Assembly: GCA_958296175.1 (NCBI GenBank)
Contig: OY282448.1
Location: 2,230,127 to 2,294,126 of the forward strand
Length of the DNA: 64,000 nucleotides
From: an uncultured Chloroflexota bacterium
GTDB lineage: Bacteria; Chloroflexota; UBA11872
Reading direction: 5' to 3'
This document shows positions 42,501 through 54,811 of this stretch, in pieces; the stretch's first letter is position 1, and the number at the start of each line of letters is the position of its first letter. Both the position numbers and the translations under genes were made by a program. The notes below the pieces were generated by a model. It worked only from the letters and a program-made list of their open reading frames with translations, searched no databases and was not told where the DNA came from.

Positions 42501-42696
42501 TGGCCGCGTAGGTCAGCGTGTCCATGTCGGCGTCGGTGAAGTAGGCGGCGACGTCCACGGTGGCGGCGCTGCCGCCGCCGACCAGCGCCTGGGCGGGGAT
42601 GGTTCCCACAGCCGTCGGCGCGGCGGCGAAGGCACGGCTCAGACCGAGAACTGCAAGGAGCGTAAGCAGCAGCAGCGCCGGTACCGCACGGCGCAT
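39508..42696 (-). CDS. Large secreted leucine-rich-repeat protein (about 15 plant-type 24-residue LRRs) with Ig/cadherin-like and Pro/Thr-linker regions and a C-terminal domain of unknown function
   Basis: Signal peptide MRRAVPALLLLTLLAVLGLSRAFA. Repeats follow the pattern LxxLxxLxLxxNQLSGxIPxELGNLSN. Linker TPTPTPSPTPTPAPTP. The alternative 1142-aa ORF 37946..41374 is rejected. Confidence 0.75.
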   Translation of the reverse strand: MRRAVPALLLLTLLAVLGLSRAFAAAPTAVGTIPAQALVGGGSAATVDVAAYFTDADMDTLTYAATSGDTDVVTIGVSGSTVTLTPAGTGSATVTVTASDASDSVDQAMAVTVTHGCAASNPTASASGAHANVARDCETLLDSKDALRGTATTLNWAVGTAMTGWTGVTVDSTKGVTRLFLRNKSLTGAAPPALSGLSELTQLWLDNNQLSGTIPVALANLSKLTNLHLDRNQFDGTIPKELGNLSNLRHLHLARNQLTGTIPKELGDLSNLGNLQLFSNQLSGGIPKELGSLANLTSLGLSGNQLSGAIPAELGNLSSLRAIAVQDNALSGSIPKQLDSLSSLTNLQLHNNQLTGSIPAELGSLSSLQILFLYNNNLSGQIPSQLGNLSNLLRLYLYDNNLSGPIPSRLGNLSNLQRLYLYDNDLSGSIPSQLGNLSNLQWLYLHHNQLSGPIPSQLGNLTRLYALFLNHNQLSGSIPAELGNLSRLHPSYPLSLQCNRLSGVVPTQLDNLPNTPVDVQVWLQGNPVTTPLDASLTSRVRLTGAARSGHLPAASWCGPPAFAPAAAEITVMGTAAAGEDLGDPFVATDPDNQPLAGTQTIAYALSGPDAAAFTRDTATGYLQPVTVLSVGAPADADGDNRYQVTVSASDGVTPANNGGEASIEVTVLVVQGAASPRATATSAKHPRLAVALSGDAGPVAVGGRIGYTFTLRNSGNVPLTGVFWRSPELGVARRDVGSGALAPGAEAIVTTGLTVTAEHLPGPLQVTFYGDSDQTDDPSAVHLTTLAAAAAAAVAVEPTPTPTPSPTPTPAPTPALLPAWTPVVERVRHSVPDAHLAHNIPDLRVDTPDGRASLCGFLAHYDATGGLPCWGHAISEVFVERPGVLSQYFQRGVIDCRPQGDGWVIERRLVWDELGGGLAGAPDLGVEPGLVSEQPGALLGPWGNRVSNYAVDGTWTGFRDFFDMAGGVEFFGYPKTEARTDAHPQAELRLPGAAAGFVRQYFQAGVLEYHPGDRGQPVKLALLGDAVRDRRYPDETWRTLPPFAPAAPLAPGQTYHLSLPRP
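41060..42150. repeat. Tandem array of about 72-bp units encoding the LRR modules
   Basis: Periodic DNA repeats visible (e.g. recurring ...gattgccaagt/ctcgacag... units), matching the 24-aa protein periodicity. Confidence 0.7.
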
Positions 42697-42953
42697 CAGA
42701 CGCGCTGCGTACTCGGATTACTTACGGAGGGAAGATTGCGCACGTCTTGAAGACACAAAACCTATACGGCGGGCAGCGGCGTCCCGCCCAGGAGCAGACG
42801 GCGCAGAGCGTACCTAGTTGAATGTGTGGCGGACAGTATCACGTCTCGCCCACGCGCGCACGGCGCACGTCGGTCGTACTACTCCTGCGTGAGTTCCAGC
42901 CCCAACCTGCCAGATGCAAGCACGTAGCGTGAATAGGCTCTATGGCGCCTGTG

Positions 42954-43751
42954 TTACGCCGCCAGCCAGCCGCCGTCCACGGGGAGGACGTGGCCGGTGA
43001 TGTAGGCCGCGGCGTCGGAGGCGAGGAAGACGGCGGTTCCGGCGATGTCGTCGGGGACGCCGCGGCGGCCCTGGGGGATGCGGCTCATGATCCAGGCGCG
43101 GGTTTCGGGGTCTTCGAACCGCGGTCGGGTGAGTTCGGTGTAGACGTACCCGGGCGCGATGGCGTTCACGGTGATGCCGGCCGCGGCAAACTCCACGGCC
43201 AGCGCCTTGGTCAGCTGCGCCACGCCGCCCTTGGTGGCCCCGTACACCGACACCGGGCTGAATCCCAGGAACGACGTGAGGGAGGCGGTGTTGATGACGC
43301 GGCCATAGCCCTGCCCGACCATGCGTCGGATGCCGTGCTGACAGGCGAAGTACAGGCTGCGCAGGTTCAGGTTCGCCACCCGGTCCCACTCGGCGGGCGT
43401 CACGTCCAGGAGCGGCGTTCTGATTGCAGCGCCGGCGTTGTTGCACAGGATGTCGAGCCGCCCGAACTCGGCGTCCACTTGCTCGAACACGCCGGCCAGC
43501 GCCTCCAGGTCGGCCAGGTCGGCCGGCAGCGCCAGCGCCCGGCGGCCGCACGCCTGAATGTCCGCGCACACCGCGTCCAGCTGGTCGGCGGAGCGGGCGG
43601 CCACGGCCACGTCGGCACCCGCGCCCGCCAGAGCCAGCGCCATAGCGCGGCCGATCCCGCGCCCGCCGCCGCTGACCAGGGCGGCCCGGCCGCTCAGGTC
43701 GAAGGGGGCGGCGCTCGGCGCGTCAGCCAATGGAGGCGCTCCTGGGAACAA
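42954..43751 (-). CDS. SDR family oxidoreductase (3-oxoacyl-ACP-reductase-like)
   Basis: TGxxxGIG motif SGGGRGIGRA. NNAG. Catalytic YGATK. Confidence 0.85.
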   Translation of the reverse strand: MFPGAPPLADAPSAAPFDLSGRAALVSGGGRGIGRAMALALAGAGADVAVAARSADQLDAVCADIQACGRRALALPADLADLEALAGVFEQVDAEFGRLDILCNNAGAAIRTPLLDVTPAEWDRVANLNLRSLYFACQHGIRRMVGQGYGRVINTASLTSFLGFSPVSVYGATKGGVAQLTKALAVEFAAAGITVNAIAPGYVYTELTRPRFEDPETRAWIMSRIPQGRRGVPDDIAGTAVFLASDAAAYITGHVLPVDGGWLAA

Positions 43752-44034
43752 GACCGTCGCGCCATACTAGCCGCACCGCGCGCCGGGCGCGCGGCCCGCC
43801 CCGATCAAGGTCGACGATGCCCCTCTGGCGAGCGGTGCTGCACGCCTGATCGCTCGGCCCGGGCGGCGCGGGATGGGCGCGCGCGCGTCTCGGCCGGGGC
43901 TGGCGGCGGAGAATTCTCGATACCAGCACGGTGGGCGTCCTTCGCACGGCTCGGCCAGAGCGCCCGACGGATTCGCGGCTGGCGGACGGCTGTCGCACAA
44001 TGGCGCGCCGACCCAGCGCCGCCGAGCGTGCCCC

Positions 44035-44505
44035 ATGCCCATGCCATCCCCTGGAGACCCCGCGCCCGATTTCACCCTCACCGCAACCGACGGGTCGCAC
44101 GTCAGCCTCGAGGAACGCCGCGGCCGGCGGGTCGTGCTCTATTTCTACCCGCGCGACGACACCCCGGGGTGCACCATCGAGGCGTGCAGCTTTCGCGACC
44201 ACCTGCACGAGCTGACCTCGCGCGGGGTCGACGTCTTCGGGGTCAGCACCGACGACGCCGCATCGCACCGGAAGTTCACCGAGAAGTACTCGCTGAACTT
44301 CCCCCTCCTGGCCGACACCGAGCACCAGACCAGCGAGGCCTACGGCGTCTGGGGCGAGCGGACTCGGTTCGGGCGCACGTTCATGGGCACGCAGCGCGCC
44401 ACCTTCCTGATCGGCGCCGACGGCACGGTCGAGCGCGTATGGCCCGACGTGAACCCGAACGAGCACGTTGCCGAAATCCTGGCCGCGCTCGACGCAGACG
44501 CCTAG
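44035..44505 (+). CDS. bcp: Peroxiredoxin Bcp (thiol peroxidase, AhpC/TSA family)
   Basis: Motif FYPRDDTPGCTIEAC (peroxidatic Cys with the CxxxxC resolving Cys). 156 aa. It is the true gene within ORF 43873..44505. Confidence 0.85.
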   Translation: MPMPSPGDPAPDFTLTATDGSHVSLEERRGRRVVLYFYPRDDTPGCTIEACSFRDHLHELTSRGVDVFGVSTDDAASHRKFTEKYSLNFPLLADTEHQTSEAYGVWGERTRFGRTFMGTQRATFLIGADGTVERVWPDVNPNEHVAEILAALDADA

Positions 44506-44608
44506 ACCCAGGGCCGCTGGCGGCCGCGCCGCACGTGCGGCGCGGCCGGTTCGCGCAGGTACCATCGGGGCGTACACTCGGACCACCGGCCCCCGCCGCC
44601 CCACGCCG

Positions 44609-44681
44609 GCCCACATAGCTCAGTCGGTAGAGCGCGTTCTTGGTAAGAACGAGGTCTCCGGTTCAAATCCGGATGTGGGCT
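44609..44681 (+). tRNA. tRNA-Thr (anticodon GGT); CCA not encoded
   Basis: Manual cloverleaf. Acceptor GCCCACA/TGTGGGC, D-arm GCTCAGTCGGTAGAGC, anticodon stem CGTTC/GAACG with loop TTGGTAA, T-arm TCCGGTTCAAATCCGGA. Confidence 0.8.
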
Positions 44682-44748
44682 CCCAAGGCCATCCCGCCCA
44701 GACCGAGCTGCGGCCTCGACGCCGCGCGGCTCTCGCCAATTGCCGCTG

Positions 44749-45840
44749 TCAGCCCGCCGGGTCGAGGTCGGAGAGGCGCGGCATGACTTGGGTGGCGAGC
44801 AGGTCGAGCGAGCGCTTCCAGCCGTCCTGGGGAATCCACTCGTGCGCCATGGCCAGCAGGACGCCGAAGCCGCCCACGCGGGCGTGCAGGTCGCGGATGC
44901 GGCGTTCGACCTCGTCGGGGTCGCCGACGATCCACACCTCGTCCATGAGGTAGTCGAGAGTCACGTCCTCGTCGGGCATGTCGGGCGAGGTTTTGAAGAG
45001 GTCGAACATTTTGGCCAGGGGCAGCAGGCGGAAGAAATAGTCGGTGAAGTCGCGCCCGATGCTGCCGTTGGCGGCTTCTTGGCGCGCCGCGGCCGTCGTG
45101 TCGGCGACGTACATGGTGCGGGCGATGCGCCAGCGGGAACGGTCGGGCGTCAACCCCTGCGTCGCCGCGCCTTCTTCCACGGCGGTCCAATGCGTTTCGA
45201 GCGTCACGGGAGGCACGATGTTGATCGACATTGGGATCCATCCGCGCTCGCCGGCAATGCGCAGCGTGGCCGACGACGGCGACACGCCCGCGACCCCGAT
45301 GGGCGGATGCGGCTTTTGGTAAGGCGTCAGGTGCACGCGCAACCCGATGGAATCTACCTCTTTGGGGATCCCGTACTCCCAGTATTTCGACGTATAGCGC
45401 CCGGCCGGCTGTCCGTTCCAAATGTCGAGCACCGCTTGAACGGTCTCGCGGGTCATCTCGCGGTTTTTGCCCGACGTGAGATCGAATCCAAAGGCCTCCA
45501 GATCGCCAGGGAACCCGCCGGCGCCGATGCCCCAGAGGAAGCGGCCCTGCGCCATGTGGTCGAGCTGGGCGATGCGGTGCGCAAGGCTGAACGGATGGTG
45601 GTTTGGCATGCAGGTAACGCCGGTGCCAAGCGCAATGTTCTTGGTGCGACCAAGCGCCTGGGCAATCAACAGGTCCGGCGCGGGAATGTTCTCCCACTCG
45701 GCGGTAAAGTGCTCGCCAATCCAATACTCGGTGAAGCCCAGACGGTCGGCGGCGACGATCTGCTCCAAGTCGGCGGCGATCGTGTCGGTGAAGCTGCTCC
45801 CCGGTGGATGCAGGGGCATCATGAACCCGCCCAGTTTCAC
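44749..45840 (-). CDS. LLM-class flavin-dependent oxidoreductase (luciferase-like monooxygenase)
   Basis: 363 aa. Bacterial luciferase-like TIM barrel signature (EHF..EW, NHHP). Confidence 0.75.
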   Translation of the reverse strand: MKLGGFMMPLHPPGSSFTDTIAADLEQIVAADRLGFTEYWIGEHFTAEWENIPAPDLLIAQALGRTKNIALGTGVTCMPNHHPFSLAHRIAQLDHMAQGRFLWGIGAGGFPGDLEAFGFDLTSGKNREMTRETVQAVLDIWNGQPAGRYTSKYWEYGIPKEVDSIGLRVHLTPYQKPHPPIGVAGVSPSSATLRIAGERGWIPMSINIVPPVTLETHWTAVEEGAATQGLTPDRSRWRIARTMYVADTTAAARQEAANGSIGRDFTDYFFRLLPLAKMFDLFKTSPDMPDEDVTLDYLMDEVWIVGDPDEVERRIRDLHARVGGFGVLLAMAHEWIPQDGWKRSLDLLATQVMPRLSDLDPAG

Positions 45841-46202
45841 GTGCGGTCTCCTCTATCGCCTATTGCCGCGCCGGCGCCTCCGACGGAAAGCGTAGGCGGC
45901 CCAGGCCGTGACGTCAACGACGGGCGGGCGGCCAGCGCTGCGGATTACCCGTCCGGGGCCGGTATCGATCGACCGCCGTTTCGCCGCGCGGCGGAGTCGA
46001 GCTGCGGATCATCCGCCCAGAGGCGGCACGTCGATCCCTGCGGTTGTACCTCTGAGGGATTGCGCCCCACACGGACCGCGCGCGCGGCCAAAGCGCCGTC
46101 GCCTTGCGAGATTCCTATCGCGCTGGTTCGGAGAAACGAACGTGCATCGAAGCGAAGCGCCGAACGTCGTTCGTTTTCTGTGAAGAACCCGCGCGGGGCG
46201 CG

Positions 46203-47240
46203 CTAGCTCGAATCGCTCACGGCGGCTGCGTCGACGCCGAGTTTGCCCGCGGTGTCCAGCAGCGCGCGGCGCGTGGCCTCGCTGACTTCGACGCCTGACT
46301 TGGCGCGCTCGGCCCGCGACCTGCGCTCGGGCTCGCCGGGAAGCATGACTTCTGCGAATCCGGGAGCCGGCGGGACGCTGGTAATGCGGTCGAACAGCGC
46401 ATCGACGGCGCCGCCAAACTCGGCGCGAGGACGAAAGATCGCGGGATCGATGCCAATGATCGTTGCGCCCAGCTTCCAGCGGCGGGTCGATTGCTCGGCG
46501 CCGGTCAATCCGCTCGACAGCGCGTCGATCAGGACGGACAGCGCCGAGCCCTTGTGCGCGCCAAACGGCAGCAGCATGCCGCCGTCGAAGAAGTCGCTGG
46601 GACTGGTGCTTGGCTGCCCCTGGTCGTCGAGGATTGCGCCTGCCGGCAGCGCGTCGCCGCGCGCTTTGGCCACGTGAATCTTGCCCACGGCCAGCATGGT
46701 GGTGGCAAAGTCCATGACGAGCGGGTCGCGCTGGCCGGCGGGCACGCCGGCGGAGATGGGGTTGGTGCTCAGCGCGGGCCGCGCGCCGCCGAAGGGCGCA
46801 CCCACCACGTCGGAGCCGCCGCCCACGGTCATGATCGCGATCACGTCCGCGGCCGCCGCGCGCTCGGACCATTCGCCCAGACGCCCCACGTGGTTGCAGT
46901 CGATCACGCTGACCAGCGCGATGCCTGCGGTTTTGGCCATGGCCGCCGCCTGGTCGACGGCTTCCGCGGCCGCAATCTGTCCGAACCCCCAGTTGCCGCT
47001 CAGGAGCATGGTGCTCGGCGTCTGGCGCAAGATCGTGGGCGTGGCGGTGGGGTCGACGTCGCCGGCTTCGATCAGGTCGACATAACTCGGCACGCGCAGC
47101 ACGCCGTGCGACGGGTGGCCCGAAAGGTCGGCCGACACCAGCGAGCGGACGACCTGCCCGGCAATGGCGGCGGGCGCACCGGCCGCCTCGAACACCGCCT
47201 GGCCAAACTGCTCCAGAGCGTCGCGCGTGAAGGTGGGCAT
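46203..47240 (-). CDS. Ldh_2 family oxidoreductase (malate/L-lactate/L-sulfolactate dehydrogenase type 2)
   Basis: Conserved LSGHPSHG and HKGSALS motifs. The start is probably MPTFTRD rather than the most upstream codon. Confidence 0.6.
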   Translation of the reverse strand: MPTFTRDALEQFGQAVFEAAGAPAAIAGQVVRSLVSADLSGHPSHGVLRVPSYVDLIEAGDVDPTATPTILRQTPSTMLLSGNWGFGQIAAAEAVDQAAAMAKTAGIALVSVIDCNHVGRLGEWSERAAAADVIAIMTVGGGSDVVGAPFGGARPALSTNPISAGVPAGQRDPLVMDFATTMLAVGKIHVAKARGDALPAGAILDDQGQPSTSPSDFFDGGMLLPFGAHKGSALSVLIDALSSGLTGAEQSTRRWKLGATIIGIDPAIFRPRAEFGGAVDALFDRITSVPPAPGFAEVMLPGEPERRSRAERAKSGVEVSEATRRALLDTAGKLGVDAAAVSDSS

Positions 47241-47396
47241 TCGCAGCCTCGGCTGGGCGGCGGTCAATCGAGCGCAGCGTACTCCCACCGCCGGGCAAAA
47301 ACCAAGAACGCGGCGGGCCGGCGCGCGGCGCTCGGGCCGGCGAAGCGGGCCGCACGCGGGCGAGGTCCCGCGGCGGCCGTGCGCGCCGGCAGGGGG

Positions 47397-50551
<3,155 letters not shown>

Positions 50552-50617
50552 GGCGGGCCGCCGCTCACGGCGCGCGGGAAACGGCGCACGACGTCAGCGC
50601 CGCACCCATCGCGGTGG

Positions 50618-51625
50618 TCACGGCCTGGAACGCGGCGGGCCTCGCGTCACAGGCGCCCAGCCGTCCAGATCGCGCGATGTTTCGATGGCCAAACCCGCGG
50701 CGTGGTGGTCGATCAGACAGGCGGCGTCGGTGGGACTGGGCGCAGCGCCGCTGACGGCGTCCAGGAAGGCGGACACGCTCTCGTGCATGCCGGGCCAGCC
50801 GGCGATTGGTTCGACAGGCGGAATCCGATGGGAGACCCAGTCCCCGCGCACTTCGGAGCGCACGCGCAGCTCGCCGTTCATCACGTCGACGCGCAAGTCG
50901 CCGCTGGCGCCGGCCACGCGCAGCTCGATCTCCGTGGAAGCAAACGCGCCCAGCCGCACCCCGAACGAGGCCGTCGCGCGTCCGTAGTCCAGCAACGTCA
51001 ATGCATGCAGCTGCTGCTGGCTGCCGCGGTCGGGTTCGGGTGCGGACAGCACGCGCCGCGGCCGCGCACCAATGACGCGGTTCAAAACGTCCACGTACCA
51101 GGGCGCCAACATGTGCGCGACGGCGAGCTGGTCGGCATCCGGAGGATGCCAGGCCCCGCTGAGGTCGATGGATGCGCGCAGCACGCGTCCGACCTCGCCC
51201 GACCGAACCAGTTCGACCGCGCGCACGACCACGGGCAGATAGCTCAGTTCCAGGTCGGCGTGCACCAGCGTCGTCGAGGCGGCCAGCAGCTCCAACATCG
51301 CCGGAACGCGCGAGCGCGAGGCGGCCACCGGCGGCTCGAACATGATGGGCATGCGGGCGTCCAGCGCGGCCCGCAGCACTTGTTCGTGCGCGGGTTCCGA
51401 CACCGCCGCCATCACGGCGTCCACGCCGCCGGCGCGCAAAAGCTCGGCCGCGCTGGCGTACACGGCCACCGAGGCGCCCAGCTCCTCGCCGATGCGCCGC
51501 CGGGTGGCCGCGCTTGGCGCCGCGGCCGCCACGATGCGCGCCCGCCCGTCGCGCCGCACCGCCGGCACGTACGCCTGCCGCGTCCAGCTTCCGAACCCAA
51601 TCAACCCCAGCCGCAGTTCAGCCAT
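50618..51625 (-). CDS. Gfo/Idh/MocA family oxidoreductase
   Basis: N-terminal Rossmann motif LGLIGFGSW. 335 aa. Confidence 0.65.
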   Translation of the reverse strand: MAELRLGLIGFGSWTRQAYVPAVRRDGRARIVAAAAPSAATRRRIGEELGASVAVYASAAELLRAGGVDAVMAAVSEPAHEQVLRAALDARMPIMFEPPVAASRSRVPAMLELLAASTTLVHADLELSYLPVVVRAVELVRSGEVGRVLRASIDLSGAWHPPDADQLAVAHMLAPWYVDVLNRVIGARPRRVLSAPEPDRGSQQQLHALTLLDYGRATASFGVRLGAFASTEIELRVAGASGDLRVDVMNGELRVRSEVRGDWVSHRIPPVEPIAGWPGMHESVSAFLDAVSGAAPSPTDAACLIDHHAAGLAIETSRDLDGWAPVTRGPPRSRP

Positions 51626-51682
51626 GGCGCCATGCTATCCAACCCGCCGCGCCACTCCGTGGGTTTTCTTTTCTCGCCTGCG

Positions 51683-52516
51683 TCAGCCGAAGGTCAGATT
51701 CTTGAGCTGCCTGGCCTGTTCTTCGATGGCGGTTTCGGTTGGCAGGCGTTCCACGCTGGAGGCGCCAAAGAAGCCGACGATGCCGCGGGTGCGGTCGAGC
51801 ACGTACTGCGCGTCCGCGGGTTCGGCGATGGGGCCGCCGTGGCAGAGCACCAACGCGTCGGGGTTGACCGCCGCGGCGGCGTCGTGCATGGCCTGCACCT
51901 GTTGGACGGCGTCGTCGAGCGTCATGGCGGTGTTGGCGCCGATGGCGCCTTTGGTGGTCAAGCCCACGTGCGGCACCAGCACGTCGGCGCCGGCCGCCGC
52001 CATGCGTTCGGCTTCGCGCGGCGTGAACACGTAGGGGCAGGTCAGCATGTCCATCTGGTGGGCGGCGGCGATCATGTCGATCTCGAGGTCGTAACTCATG
52101 CCCGTTTCTTCGAGGTTTTGGCGGAAGAGGCCGTCGATCAGCCCCACGGTGGGAAAGTTCTGGACGCCGTCGAACCCCATGTCTTTGAGCTGGCGCAAGA
52201 ACACGGGCATCAGGCGAAACGGGTCGGTGCCGTTGACGCCGGCCAGCACCATGGTGTCCTGCACGATGGGCAGCACCTCGCGCGCCATGTCGACCACGAT
52301 GCCGTTGGCGTCGCCGTAGGCCAGCACCCCCGACAAGCTGCCGCGGCCGGCCATGCGGTAGCGGCCGGAGTTGTAGATGATGATGAGATCGACGCCGCCG
52401 CGTTCGGCGAACTTGGCGGTCAGTCCAATGCCGGCGCCCGCGCCAACCACCGGCCGCCCGGCGGCAACCTGGCCGCGCAGTCGGGCCAGCGCGTCGCTGC
52501 GTGAAATGAACGGCAC
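51683..52516 (-). CDS. TIM-barrel signal-transduction / phosphoenolpyruvate-hydrolase-like protein (partner of UPF0261)
   Basis: 277 aa. Characteristic [34 protein letters not shown]-terminus of the PF09370-like family. Confidence 0.6.
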   Translation of the reverse strand: MPFISRSDALARLRGQVAAGRPVVGAGAGIGLTAKFAERGGVDLIIIYNSGRYRMAGRGSLSGVLAYGDANGIVVDMAREVLPIVQDTMVLAGVNGTDPFRLMPVFLRQLKDMGFDGVQNFPTVGLIDGLFRQNLEETGMSYDLEIDMIAAAHQMDMLTCPYVFTPREAERMAAAGADVLVPHVGLTTKGAIGANTAMTLDDAVQQVQAMHDAAAAVNPDALVLCHGGPIAEPADAQYVLDRTRGIVGFFGASSVERLPTETAIEEQARQLKNLTFG

Positions 52517-52750
52517 GAGAAGAGCTCCTCAATCAGGCCGTTGCAACGTCAACGGATGGCGGAATGTCGATGGCCGCACGTGGATGAACCGGGCACGGCT
52601 GGCGGGCGCGCTGGAACGCCGCGAACACGCGCCGGTACCTGCCTTCGCCGCGCCCCCGCACACAGGAACGCGAGTGAACCGCTGCATTCCTGCCGCGGTC
52701 CACGCTGCACTCCCTGCGGTCCCCGGCCGCGAGCTCCAGGTCACTGGCCG

Positions 52751-53149
52751 CTACGTCCGCAGGTCTTTCCACGGCGCTTCGCTCGCCGCGTCCACCAGTT
52801 CGTAGCCGATCTCGCCGACGCAGGGCCCCAGGATGGCGATGACGGCGGCTGGTTCGTCCCCATCGTTGAAGGTGGCGTGCACCTGGTCGGCCTGGATGAA
52901 CACCGAGTCGCCCGGCGACAGCATGCGCCGTTCCGTATCGACCCACTGCTCGACCACGCCTTTGACGCACACGATGACTTCTTCCTGGTCGGGGTGCTTG
53001 TGAAAGTCGTGGCCGTTGCCGGGCAGCAATTCCACGTCGATGACGGTCAGGAACTTGCTGCCCGTCGACGGTGGATTGCTCAGCCAGCCCAGGCTGCCCC
53101 AGTCCAGCACGTCGCGGGGCGTGTCCGACTTGATGGCGAATCTGCGCAT
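52751..53149 (-). CDS. Cupin domain protein
   Basis: 132 aa. Cupin motifs GNGHDFHKHPDQEEVI and PGDSVFI...HA. RBS AGGAGA upstream. It is the true gene in ORF 52751..53644. Confidence 0.6.
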   Translation of the reverse strand: MRRFAIKSDTPRDVLDWGSLGWLSNPPSTGSKFLTVIDVELLPGNGHDFHKHPDQEEVIVCVKGVVEQWVDTERRMLSPGDSVFIQADQVHATFNDGDEPAAVIAILGPCVGEIGYELVDAASEAPWKDLRT

Positions 53150-53160
53150 GGGCGTGTCTC

Positions 53161-54378
53161 CTATGCGGGCCGTGGAAGCCATGCCAGCAGGCGGTCGGCC
53201 ATGGCGCGGGCGAAGGCGGGGTCGTTGACGTGCAGGTCCAGTTCGACCAGGTCGACCGTGTCGGTGTCGAGCTCGTCCCGCAGCGCCTGGAAGAGCCTCC
53301 GGTCCGCCTCGGGGTCGTGAAACGGCTGCCCGTCGGCGTCGATCATGCTGACGCCGCGCAGGGGAACGAAGAGGCAGGTTGGCCCGACGGCTCGATTCAG
53401 TTTGCCGGCGATGATGCGCCCGAGCTGCGCGCACTCGTCGGCTGTGGTGCGCATGAGCGTGACCTGCGGGTTGTGCACGTACAAGGTGCGGTTGCGAAAC
53501 CGCGCCGGAACGCTTGCGCGCGGGCCGAAGTTGACCATGTCCAGCGCGCCCAGCGACACGACCTGCGGGACGCCCGCGGCCGCGGCAGCGTCCAGGCGCG
53601 CGGGGCCGGCGGAGAGCACCCCGCCGACCAGCTCGTCGCACCATTCGGTCGTGGTGACGTCCGCCACGCCGGCGAAGTAGCCGTCGGCAATCAGCCCTTC
53701 CATGGCGCGCCCGCCGCTGCCGGTGGCGTGAAAGACCAGCACTTCGTACCCCGCGGTTTCCAGCGCCTGCCGCACGGCGGTGACGCAGGGCGTGGTGACG
53801 CCGAACATGCTGGCGGCAATCAGGGGCGTGTCGTCCGCCGCCGGCGCGGCCTGTTCGACCATGCCGCAGACGGCGCCCGCGGCGTTGGCAAAGACCCGGC
53901 GCGAGATGCGGTTGAGGCCGGCCACGTCCACCACCGAATACATCAGGGTGACGTCTTTCACGCCGACGTACGGCGCCGCGTCGCCGGCGGCCATGGTGGA
54001 CACCACTACTTTGGGCACGCCGACCGGCAGGACGCGCATGGCAGCCGCGGCGATCGAGGTGCCGCCCGATCCGCCGAGCGCCAGCAAGCCGTCGATCGTG
54101 CGCTGGCCGTACGCCCGCAGCGTCAGGCGGGCGGCGCCGGCGGCCATGGCGGTCAGCGCCGCGCCGCGGTCGCCGGCGGCGCGCAGCTCCTGCAGCGACG
54201 CCCCGCCGGCGCGAGCGACCTCCGCCGCGCCGACGTCGGGTTCGAACGACGGCTCGCCGGCCACGCCGGCGTCCATGACCAACGTGCGATGGCCGCGCGC
54301 GTGAATGAGGTCGCGCACGTAGGCGTATTCAGCGCCTTTGGTGTCCAGTGTTCCAACCAGCAGGATCGTGCGGGTCAC
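53161..54378 (-). CDS. UPF0261 (Tm-1-like) family protein
   Basis: About 405 aa from a GTG start (VTRTILLVGTLDTKG...), a typical UPF0261 N-terminus. It is paired with the TIM-barrel partner downstream. Confidence 0.6.
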   Translation of the reverse strand: MTRTILLVGTLDTKGAEYAYVRDLIHARGHRTLVMDAGVAGEPSFEPDVGAAEVARAGGASLQELRAAGDRGAALTAMAAGAARLTLRAYGQRTIDGLLALGGSGGTSIAAAAMRVLPVGVPKVVVSTMAAGDAAPYVGVKDVTLMYSVVDVAGLNRISRRVFANAAGAVCGMVEQAAPAADDTPLIAASMFGVTTPCVTAVRQALETAGYEVLVFHATGSGGRAMEGLIADGYFAGVADVTTTEWCDELVGGVLSAGPARLDAAAAAGVPQVVSLGALDMVNFGPRASVPARFRNRTLYVHNPQVTLMRTTADECAQLGRIIAGKLNRAVGPTCLFVPLRGVSMIDADGQPFHDPEADRRLFQALRDELDTDTVDLVELDLHVNDPAFARAMADRLLAWLPRPA

Positions 54379-54811
54379 GTCATCGGCGCCTGGTGGAACC
54401 GTGGCCTGGTGCGTGCGGTGTGCGCGGCGTGTGCGTCGAAGGGGAAAGTGGGCCCGGCGGGAAGCGCTGGGCGCGGCGTGCTGCGCGGAGCGTTGGGCGC
54501 GAGGCGTGCACAGGTTGCAGTGGCGGGGTGCATCGCTGTCTCTTCCGCGCGCGGGACGCCTGCGCCGCCCATCATCCCCCAATCGCCGGCCGCTGGCGAG
54601 CCACGGCGGCCTTCGACCGTCCGTTCCGAGTCCATGACACCGCCCCCGCCGCTCCCGCGGCCGCTGGCGCTCGGCGGCGGCAGTTCGCAGGTTCGGGGCA
54701 TGGACCGCGTCGGAACGGCAACGGCTCGACGGCGGTCCATGCGATGGCGCTCGGCCGGAAGCGGTAGGGTGAGGGCCGTCATTGCCTGGCGCGTGAGCGG
54801 GATCGGCACCC

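Noticed and set aside
43723-44616. 297-aa minus ORF
   Set aside because: Antisense to bcp and overlaps tRNA-Thr.
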